Shown: positions 56,843 through 64,000 of the stretch, piece by piece
How positions within the stretch are numbered: position 1 is the first letter of the stretch
How the letters are laid out: every line of letters starts with the position of its first letter
Origin: Thalassobaculaceae bacterium
Lineage (GTDB): Bacteria; Pseudomonadota; Alphaproteobacteria; Thalassobaculales; Thalassobaculaceae
Assembly (NCBI GenBank): GCA_965228875.1
Contig: OZ245843.1
Location: 2,710,616 to 2,774,615 of the forward strand
DNA length: 64,000 bases
Direction: 5' to 3'
The notes under the pieces: generated by a model
Told to the model about the DNA's origin: nothing
The model's input: only the letters and a program-made list of their open reading frames with translations
The model's database searches: none
Made by a program: the position numbers and the translations under genes

Positions 56843-58195
56843 TCAGCCGGAGGTGCCCACGCGCATCGACACCGTCCGATCGTCGGTCTCGCCGTCGCCG
56901 CGCTCGAGCACCACCCGGCCCCGCCAATCGCCCGCCGGAAGCCCCCGAGGAAACCGCTTCTGCGAATTGCGCACGCCGAGCGCTCGGAAGACGTAAGACT
57001 GGTGACGCTCGAACGTCTCGGTCTGGTCGAGGATCACGGCGCCGTCCGGCGCCTCGATCACCACCCGGCCGGTGTCGCCGGGCGAGACGCCGATGGCCCG
57101 ATACCAGACGACGACCGCGTCGGCCTCGGGCGTGAGCGACGCCCGCGCCGCGGTGCCCGCCTCCGCCGCCTCCTGCCCCGGAATGCCATCGGAGAACGCC
57201 AGATCGAGCAGGGTCGGCGCCCGTATCGCCGTCAGCCGCTGCAGGACCGACGGTTCCCAGAGGGGCCGGTTTCCGACCGAGCAGGACTCGCCGCCGTCCA
57301 CCCCCTGGAACGGGTCGACGATGCGCCCTTCATGCGAGACCGAGACGTGAACGTGCGGAAACTCGGTGACGCCGGACAGGCCGACGGCGCCCAGGATCTC
57401 GCCGGCTTCGACCTGCTGGCCGCCCTGCACCAGAACGCTGCCCCTGCGCAGGTGGCAGTACTGCGTCACCCAGCCGTCGCCGTGCTCGATGCGGACCCCG
57501 TTGCCGCATTCCTTGCCGGCCGCCTTCGCCGCCTCGATCCCGGACCGACCGGCATCGGCCTCGCCGTCGCGCACGCCGACGACCTTGCCGGCGGCGGCCG
57601 CCAGCACCGGAACCGAGTTGGCGAGCAGGCTCTCGTTCGCGAGACCGAAGTCGGTTCCCTTGTGTCCGTCGTAGGACATCTGACCGCACATGTAGTCGGC
57701 GCGGCCGCCGCTCGGATCGAGATCGACGTAGTTCACCACCCAGCAGTCCACGCCAGGATCGCAGGCGATCGGCAGCGACAGGGTGATCGGCGGCTCGCCG
57801 CCCGGCAGGGACGCCGCGGCGGCCGAGGTCGCCACGATCCGCGCGGCGGGAGCCGGGGACGGCACCGGGTCCGAAGGCGGTTCGGAAGCCGCACGCGCGA
57901 CGTCCGGAGCCGGAGATGCCGGTACGCTTGCGCCGGGCGTCTCGCCATCGCCGCGGTCCGCGGCAGTTGCGACATCGCCGCGGTCCGCGGCCGTCTCGTC
58001 ATCGCCGCGCTCAGCGGCGGCTGCGTCATCGGCGCGAGCCGCGGCCGCCCGATCCCGGGAGCGCGGATCCTGGTCGTCGAGCGGAATCTCCACGCGCCAC
58101 TGGTGTCCCTCCGGCGAGAGCACCAGCCAGAAGCCGTAGCCGAAGGAGGCCAGAGCCGCGAGGAACATGAAGACGATGACGACGCGGATCAGCAA
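56843..58195 (-). CDS. Membrane-anchored M23 family metallopeptidase
   Basis: N-terminal TM, low-complexity linker, YDGHKGTD (HxxxD), YCHLR, FPHVH (HxH); TTG start with GGGAG RBS. Confidence 0.88.
   Translation of the reverse strand: MLIRVVIVFMFLAALASFGYGFWLVLSPEGHQWRVEIPLDDQDPRSRDRAAAARADDAAAAERGDDETAADRGDVATAADRGDGETPGASVPASPAPDVARAASEPPSDPVPSPAPAARIVATSAAAASLPGGEPPITLSLPIACDPGVDCWVVNYVDLDPSGGRADYMCGQMSYDGHKGTDFGLANESLLANSVPVLAAAAGKVVGVRDGEADAGRSGIEAAKAAGKECGNGVRIEHGDGWVTQYCHLRRGSVLVQGGQQVEAGEILGAVGLSGVTEFPHVHVSVSHEGRIVDPFQGVDGGESCSVGNRPLWEPSVLQRLTAIRAPTLLDLAFSDGIPGQEAAEAGTAARASLTPEADAVVVWYRAIGVSPGDTGRVVIEAPDGAVILDQTETFERHQSYVFRALGVRNSQKRFPRGLPAGDWRGRVVLERGDGETDDRTVSMRVGTSG
57946..58053. 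repeat. 4 x 27-bp imperfect tandem repeat inside the M23 gene
   Basis: Units begin CATCG(C/G)CGCG; they encode AARADDAAA/AERGDDETA/ADRGDVATA/ADRGDGETP. Confidence 0.8.
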
Positions 58196-58225
58196 CGGCC
58201 GGACTCCCGTTCGGGGCGCGCCGGA

Positions 58226-59107
58226 TCAGCCGCGGGAGCGGACCAGACGCTGGAGATACTCACCGTATCCGGATTTCGCCAGCGGTGCCGCCAGTTTCAA
58301 GACCTGCTCGGCATCGATGTAGTCCATGTAATAGGCGATCTCCTCGACGCAGGCGATCTTCAGGCCCTGACGCTCCTCGACCGTGCGCACGAACTCCGAG
58401 GCCTGCAGCAGGCTGGCGTGGGTCCCGGTGTCGAGCCAGGCGTAGCCCCGTCCCATGCGCTCGACCCGCAGCCGTCCCTGTTCGAGATACACCCGGTTCA
58501 CGTCGGTGATCTCAAGCTCGCCGCGCGGCGACGGCGCGATCTCGGCGGCGATGTCGACAACGCTATTGTCGTAGAAATACAGGCCCGTCACCGCCCAGTT
58601 CGACGCCGGCTCGGCCGGTTTCTCGACGATCGAGAGCGCACGCCCGTCATCGTCGAAATCGACCACGCCGTAGCGTTCCGGATCGCTGACGTAGTAGCCG
58701 AAGACGGTCGCCCCGCCCTCCTCCGACGCCTGGGTCAGCGCCCGCTGCAGGATCTCGGTCAGGCCGTGGCCGTAGAAGATGTTGTCGCCGAGCACGAGCG
58801 CCGCCGGATCCTTGCCGACGAAGTCGCGGCCGATGATGAACGCCTCGGCCAGGCCGTTGGGTTCGGGCTGCACCGCGTAGGTGATGTCGATCCCCCACTT
58901 GCTTCCGTCGCCCATCAGGTGCTGGAACGCCGCCTGGTCCTGCGGGGTGGTGATCACCAGGATGTCGCGGATGCCGGCGAGCATCAGCGTGGTCAGCGGG
59001 TAGTAGATCATCGGCTTGTCGTAGACCGGCAGCAGCTGCTTGCTCGCCACCATGGTCAACGGATACAGCCGGGTGCCGGAGCCGCCCGCCAGAATGATGC
59101 CCTTCAT
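58226..59107 (-). CDS. rfbA: Glucose-1-phosphate thymidylyltransferase
   Basis: [45 protein letters not shown]. Confidence 0.97.
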   Translation of the reverse strand: MKGIILAGGSGTRLYPLTMVASKQLLPVYDKPMIYYPLTTLMLAGIRDILVITTPQDQAAFQHLMGDGSKWGIDITYAVQPEPNGLAEAFIIGRDFVGKDPAALVLGDNIFYGHGLTEILQRALTQASEEGGATVFGYYVSDPERYGVVDFDDDGRALSIVEKPAEPASNWAVTGLYFYDNSVVDIAAEIAPSPRGELEITDVNRVYLEQGRLRVERMGRGYAWLDTGTHASLLQASEFVRTVEERQGLKIACVEEIAYYMDYIDAEQVLKLAAPLAKSGYGEYLQRLVRSRG

Positions 59108-60009
59108 CGCTCCGTCTCCTCTGCCGCCATGCGGGCGGCGAAAACCTCGTCCAGGGCCGCCTGCCACGCGCGGTGCGGCAGTGACGGCAGGGCGGCGACC
59201 AGCGCCGACGTGTCGAGCACCGAATAGGCCGGCCGGCTGGCCGGTGTCGGGTACTCCTCGGTGGTGATGCTGTGCACGACCGGACGCCGGCCCCACACCG
59301 TCTCCGCCCGCTCGAAGATTGCCTCGGCGAAACCGTGCCAGGTGGTCTCGCCGTCGGCGGTATAGTGGTAGGTGCCCGGCGCGACCGGCGCACCGTCCAT
59401 CCGCGCCCGCGCCAGGGCGAGGACGGCGGCGGCGATGTCGCCCGCGGCGGTCGGCGTGCCGTGCTGATCGGCAACCACGCGCAGTTCGTCTCGATCCCCG
59501 CCGACCCGAAGCATGGTGTTCATGAAGTTGCCGCCGCGCGCGGCGTAGACCCAGGCGGTCCGCAGGATGAGATGATCCTCCAGTGCGTGGCGCACCGCCC
59601 GTTCGCCGGCCTCCTTCGACGCGCCGTACACGCCGAGCGGGGCGACCGGATCCTGCGGCCGGTAGGGCCGCGCGCCGCTGCCGTCGAACACGTAGTCCGT
59701 GGAGAGATGGATCAGCCCGACACCGCGCTCGGCGCAGGCGGCGGCCAGGGCCGCCGGTCCGTCGCGGTTGATGGCGAAGGCGAGATCCCGCTCCTGCTCG
59801 GCCTTGTCGACGGCCGTGTAGGCGGCGGGATTCACGACCAGATCGGGGCGGACGGCATCGAGCGCACCGTCGATCCGCCCGGGCTGGGCGAGGTCGAGGC
59901 GGTCGCGGCCGACGCCCACGATCTCCATTCCAGCCGCCGCCGGATCCTTGGCGAGGCGGACCAGCGCGCCGCCGACCTGACCGGTCACACCGGTGACGAG
60001 GATCCGCAT
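59104..60009 (-). CDS. rfbD: dTDP-4-dehydrorhamnose reductase
   Basis: [43 protein letters not shown]. Confidence 0.95.
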   Translation of the reverse strand: MRILVTGVTGQVGGALVRLAKDPAAAGMEIVGVGRDRLDLAQPGRIDGALDAVRPDLVVNPAAYTAVDKAEQERDLAFAINRDGPAALAAACAERGVGLIHLSTDYVFDGSGARPYRPQDPVAPLGVYGASKEAGERAVRHALEDHLILRTAWVYAARGGNFMNTMLRVGGDRDELRVVADQHGTPTAAGDIAAAVLALARARMDGAPVAPGTYHYTADGETTWHGFAEAIFERAETVWGRRPVVHSITTEEYPTPASRPAYSVLDTSALVAALPSLPHRAWQAALDEVFAARMAAEETER

Positions 60010-60011
60010 GT

Positions 60012-61094
60012 TCAGCCCGTCTTTCCGGCGGTACCGGTACCGACCCGGGACAGGCCGGTGCGTGCCGCCAGCGGCCCCCACCAGTCCTCGTTCTCCAGAT
60101 ACCAGCGCACGGTCTTCTCGATACCGCTCTCGAAGGTCTCGCGCGGGGTCCATCCGAGCTCGCGTTCGATCTTCGCCGCATCAATGGCGTAGCGGAAATC
60201 GTGGCCCGGCCGGTCGGTGACGAAGGTGATCAGCTCGCGCCGCGATTTGCCGCCCTCCAGCGCCGGAGCGTGGCGGTCGAGCAGGTCGCAGATGGTCTCG
60301 ACCACCGCCAGGTTGGACATCTCGTTGTGACCGCCGATGTTGTAGCTCTCGCCGGCCGCGCCCCGCGACAGCACGGTCCACAGCGCCCGCGCGTGATCCT
60401 CGACATAGAGCCAGTCGCGGACGTTCTGGCCGTCGCCGTAGACCGGCAGCGGCTCACCGCGCAGGCCCTTGATGATCATCAGCGGGATCAGCTTCTCGGG
60501 GAAATGGTAGGGGCCGTAGTTGTTCGAGCAGTTCGACAGCACCACCGGCAGGCCGAACGTCTCGCCCCAGGCGCGGACCAGGTGGTCCGAAGACGCCTTC
60601 GAGGCGGAATAGGGCGAGCGCGGGTCGTAGGCCGTGTCCTCGGTGAACATGCCGTCATCGCCGAGCGAACCGAACACCTCGTCGGTCGAGATGTGGTGGA
60701 AACGGAACCCCTCGGCCCGCGCCCCGTCCAGTCCGGCGAAATGCTGGCGCGCCGCCTGCAGCAGCCGGAAGGTGCCGAGAATGTTGGTCTGAATGAAGTC
60801 CTCCGGACCGTCGATCGACCGGTCGACATGGGACTCCGCCGCCAGGTGCATCACCGCATCAGGATCGTGGGTCTCGAACACCCGCTTCAACCCGTCGGCA
60901 TCGGTGATGTCGATCCGCTCGAAGACGTAGCGGTTGCTGTCCTCAACATCGCGCAGGGCCGTGCCGCTCGCCGCGTAGGTCAGCTTGTCGACATTGACCA
61001 CCCGCACATCGGTCTCGGCGATCAGCAGGCGCACGACCGCGGAGCCGATGAAGCCGGCTCCGCCGGTGACCAGGACCGTCTTCGGTGACGACAT
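60012..61094 (-). CDS. rfbB: dTDP-glucose 4,6-dehydratase
   Basis: [46 protein letters not shown]. Confidence 0.97.
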   Translation of the reverse strand: MSSPKTVLVTGGAGFIGSAVVRLLIAETDVRVVNVDKLTYAASGTALRDVEDSNRYVFERIDITDADGLKRVFETHDPDAVMHLAAESHVDRSIDGPEDFIQTNILGTFRLLQAARQHFAGLDGARAEGFRFHHISTDEVFGSLGDDGMFTEDTAYDPRSPYSASKASSDHLVRAWGETFGLPVVLSNCSNNYGPYHFPEKLIPLMIIKGLRGEPLPVYGDGQNVRDWLYVEDHARALWTVLSRGAAGESYNIGGHNEMSNLAVVETICDLLDRHAPALEGGKSRRELITFVTDRPGHDFRYAIDAAKIERELGWTPRETFESGIEKTVRWYLENEDWWGPLAARTGLSRVGTGTAGKTG

Positions 61095-61114
61095 GACTGT
61101 TCCCCGTGCCGCGA

Positions 61115-61672
61115 TCAGATCGAGAAGTAGGCCGGCAGGTCCGCCAGCCCGGGATGCTTGGTGTCCTTGTCGGACAGGGTCGGCTCGACACCGTTCAGCG
61201 GCCAGTCGATGCCGATCGCCGGGTCGTTCCAGGCCAGACCCTTGTCGTGGTCCGGCGCGTACGGACCGGTCACCTTGTAGATGACCTCGGTATCCGGCTC
61301 CAGGGTTACGAAGCCGTGGGCGAAACCGACGGGAACCAGGATCTGGTTCCACGCCTCGGCCGAGATCTCCGCCCCGACCCACTTGCCGTAGGTCGGCGAT
61401 CCGCTCCGGATGTCGACCGCCACGTCGTAGATCCGTCCCCGGACCACGCGGACCAGCTTGTCCTGGGCGAAAGGCGGGGTCTGGAAGTGCAGCCCGCGCA
61501 GCACGCCGACCGGTTGCGACATGGAGTGGTTGTCCTGGATGAAGTCGAGCGTGATGCCGTGCTCGGCCAGGGCCGCCTTGTTGTAGGTCTCGGAGAAGAA
61601 CCCGCGCGCATCCCCGAAGCGTTTCGGGGTCAGAATCTTGACATCCGGGATTCCCAGCGATTCGATCTGCAC
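61115..61672 (-). CDS. rfbC: dTDP-4-dehydrorhamnose 3,5-epimerase
   Basis: [42 protein letters not shown] 61672 with GGAGG RBS. Confidence 0.96.
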   Translation of the reverse strand: MQIESLGIPDVKILTPKRFGDARGFFSETYNKAALAEHGITLDFIQDNHSMSQPVGVLRGLHFQTPPFAQDKLVRVVRGRIYDVAVDIRSGSPTYGKWVGAEISAEAWNQILVPVGFAHGFVTLEPDTEVIYKVTGPYAPDHDKGLAWNDPAIGIDWPLNGVEPTLSDKDTKHPGLADLPAYFSI

Positions 61673-61918
61673 GTCTGCCCCTCCGCGTGGCCGTCGCCCG
61701 CCCGGTCGCCGGTACGGCGGCGGGCGGGTCCGAAATCGCGCCGGGTGATAGCACGCAGATCGCGGCATCCACAACCGCGCAGGTAAGCGCGTTTCACCGT
61801 GGTGCGGCAATATGCTAGTGTTCGTCGTTGGAGTCTTTTGACACGACAAAGCGATACTGGCATCCGATGCTGCGAGTTTGCGTGCGGCGGATGTTTTCGA
61901 AGTGACGATCGGGACCCG

Positions 61919-62950
61919 ATGAGCCTGACGATTGATCCTCTACCAGACCCCTCCGACCGGCGGGTGGTCCCGATCCGGCCGAGGGCGGTCGATACGGGTC
62001 CGTACGGCACGGCCTCCCGGCAGCCGGCGAGGGAACACTCGTGCACGGTGGTCATCGTCTCGTACCGGACCGGGCCCGTGCTCCTCGACAGCGTCGGTGC
62101 GGCCCTCTCCCAGGAGGGGGTGAAGCAGGTCGTCCTGGTCGACAATGGCAACACCGCCGAAACGCGCACGGCGATCGACGAGCGAGCGGCCGAGGACGAC
62201 CGGCTCGTCGTGGTGCGCGGCCAGGGGAATGTGGGCTTCGCGAAGGGATGCAATCTCGGCGTCCGCTATGCCAGATCGGCCTATGCCCTGCTGCTGAATC
62301 CGGACTGCATTCTCCGGCCCGGCGTCGTCAATCGGGTGTTCGAGGTGTTCGACGACGCACCGGAAGCCGCCATGGTGACGGTGCGGATCGAGAACCTGGA
62401 CGGATCGGAGCAGCGCGGCGGCCGGCGCAACCTGATGACGCCGTGGACCTGTTTGGTCGAGCTGTTCCGCCTCGACAAGTTGATGCCGGACCATCCGCAC
62501 TTCCAGCGCCTGAACCTGAACGAGACCGAGCCGCTGGAGACGGTCACCGCGGTTCAGTGCATCTCCGGCGCCTTCATGATGATGCCGACCGAGGTCTACA
62601 ACACGCTTGGCGGCATGGATGAGGACTACTTCCTGCACGTCGAGGACGTCGACCTTTGCATGCGCGTCGGCAAGTCCGGCCAGCAGATCCTGTTCGTTCC
62701 GGACACCGCCGTCACCCACGTCAAGGGCACCAGCCGCGTCTCGCCCTTCACCGTGGAGTGGCACAAGTCGGTCAGCGCGACGAAGTATTTCCGTAAGCAT
62801 TTCCGCCCGCAGTATCCGGACCTGATCCTGCGCATCATCAGCCTGGCGATCTTCGCCCGGCTCGCCTACAGGGCGATCCCGATTACCGTCGCCTGGATCG
62901 CCGAGCGGCTGCGCAGCGGCCCTGGCCACACCCGGAGGATGCCGGACTGA
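61919..62950 (+). CDS. GT2 glycosyltransferase (WbbL-like, probable rhamnosyltransferase)
   Basis: VVIVSY, VDNG, NVGFAKGCN, LLNPD, ISGA, YFLHVEDVD; divergent from rfbCBDA. Confidence 0.85.
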   Translation: MSLTIDPLPDPSDRRVVPIRPRAVDTGPYGTASRQPAREHSCTVVIVSYRTGPVLLDSVGAALSQEGVKQVVLVDNGNTAETRTAIDERAAEDDRLVVVRGQGNVGFAKGCNLGVRYARSAYALLLNPDCILRPGVVNRVFEVFDDAPEAAMVTVRIENLDGSEQRGGRRNLMTPWTCLVELFRLDKLMPDHPHFQRLNLNETEPLETVTAVQCISGAFMMMPTEVYNTLGGMDEDYFLHVEDVDLCMRVGKSGQQILFVPDTAVTHVKGTSRVSPFTVEWHKSVSATKYFRKHFRPQYPDLILRIISLAIFARLAYRAIPITVAWIAERLRSGPGHTRRMPD

Positions 62951-62999
62951 CCGGTCGCCGGAGCACGGTCGCTTCGGATCGAACCGGTCGCGACCCGAT

Positions 63000-63998
63000 C
63001 TAATCCCGCCAGCCGTCCCGCAACCCACCGAGGATCGCCGACAGTTTCGCCCGCTTGTCGGTTTCGTAGGCCGCCGCCTTCCAGATGTCGTACAGCGCCG
63101 CGACCACATCCCAGGCGACCCAGGCGGGCACATCCCCCAGGTATCGCCGCCAGACCCTGACCCGGTTGCGGTGAATCATGCGCCGGCGCCAGGCAGCATG
63201 GGTGTTCAGGGCGACCCGCCGGCCCAGCACCTCGGTCTCGTGGAACTCGCCGAGGCGGTGATCGAGCACCGCATCGCCGATGCCGACGATCTCGAACCCC
63301 GCACGGCGCAGACGCAGACAGAATTCGATGTCGACGTAGTCGATGAAGAACGGTCCGGCCATCGGCCCCACCACGTCCAGCACCTCGCGACGGATCAGGC
63401 TGCCCGACGCGATGGCGAAGACGCCGTCGCGCACCACCGCGCCCGGCACCATCGACCCGCGCCGCAGGTCCCAGCCGTTCCGGCTGGCCAGCAGATACGG
63501 CTTCAGCGTGCCCTCGGCATCACTCAGTCTCGGCGACAGCAGGCCCACCCTGTCCCGATCGTCCAGTCCCGCCCAGCCGTCCAGCAGCCGGTCGACCATA
63601 TCCGGCGCCGGCACACTATCGTCGTCCAGCAGCAGGACCCAGTCGACCGCCGCGACGCGGGCGATCTCCAGCCCCCGGTTCTGCGCGGCGGCGAGTCCGA
63701 CATTCCCGTCGTTCTCGACCAGCGTCAGGGCCGGGTCGGCCGCCGCTCTGTCGCGGAGCCGGCGCCGTACCGGCTCGGAGCTCCCGTTGTCGATCAGGAT
63801 CACCCGCTCACACTGGCCGAGCGCCGAGTCCAGCACCGCATCGAGCGACGGATCGGGCTCGTGGCTGACGACCACGGCGGCGACACGGCGGTCCGTCGGC
63901 CCGGTCTCTCCGAGCCGCCAGACGAGGTCCGCGATCGGCCGGGCATCGATCCCACGACGCAGGTAGCGCAGCGGCGACCAGGTCATCGCCTTGAGCAC
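63000..63998 (-). CDS. GT2 rhamnosyltransferase-like protein (RfbF-type); 5' end probably outside the window
   Basis: IDNGS, NVGLAAAQN.G, LLDDDS, IASGSLI, FFIDYVD.E.CLR, HRLG; frame open to the window edge. Confidence 0.85.
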   Translation of the reverse strand: MLKAMTWSPLRYLRRGIDARPIADLVWRLGETGPTDRRVAAVVVSHEPDPSLDAVLDSALGQCERVILIDNGSSEPVRRRLRDRAAADPALTLVENDGNVGLAAAQNRGLEIARVAAVDWVLLLDDDSVPAPDMVDRLLDGWAGLDDRDRVGLLSPRLSDAEGTLKPYLLASRNGWDLRRGSMVPGAVVRDGVFAIASGSLIRREVLDVVGPMAGPFFIDYVDIEFCLRLRRAGFEIVGIGDAVLDHRLGEFHETEVLGRRVALNTHAAWRRRMIHRNRVRVWRRYLGDVPAWVAWDVVAALYDIWKAAAYETDKRAKLSAILGGLRDGWRD

Positions 63999-64000
63999 CG

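Noticed and set aside
57946..58053. CRISPR-like periodicity
   Set aside because: Units are contiguous, in frame, without unique spacers, and no cas genes are present
61858..61875. Sigma54-like TGGCAT...TGC upstream of the GT2 gene, and CGGCAC near 56745
   Set aside because: GG-to-GC spacing is not the required 10 nt in either case
1..64000. tRNA, rRNA, prophage, IS or defence island
   Set aside because: No cloverleaf or rRNA signatures, no integrase, transposase or phage structural genes, and no extended low-GC island

Overview
A GC-rich chromosomal window (roughly 70% GC by eye), most likely from a Rhodospirillales-type alphaproteobacterium, densely packed with about 57 protein genes. I saw no rRNA, tRNA, CRISPR array, transposase or integrase. 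Contents: LemA/DUF3137 pair, DUF2336, a TAXI-TRAP operon with a USP, a class III aminotransferase, a lone CoxL-like molybdoenzyme subunit, an MCE/Mla-type ABC operon, a Tat-type alpha carbonic anhydrase, apt, thiolase, an AidB-like acyl-CoA dehydrogenase, two chemoreceptors, an AcuI-like reductase, dihydroorotase, a cbs-cgl pair, several peptidases, a mesaconyl-CoA transferase (Mct) homolog, an ArnT/GT2/GT4 cluster, LysR-NMO, a circularly permuted ATP-grasp/alpha-E/transglutaminase operon, an M23 peptidase, and rfbCBDA with glycosyltransferases. The strongest candidate for an undescribed system is a three-gene operon at 23234-27462: YfiR-like periplasmic protein, TonB-dependent receptor, methyl-accepting chemotaxis protein. 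It is preceded by a Fur-like palindrome and may signal from the outer membrane to chemotaxis. Other highlights are an ATP-grasp gene that appears to need a non-canonical (ATC or CTG) start, a 114-bp palindromic element bounded by the stop codons of two convergent genes, and a chemoreceptor with a duplicated sensor module. All family calls come from motif recognition by eye, not from database searches.
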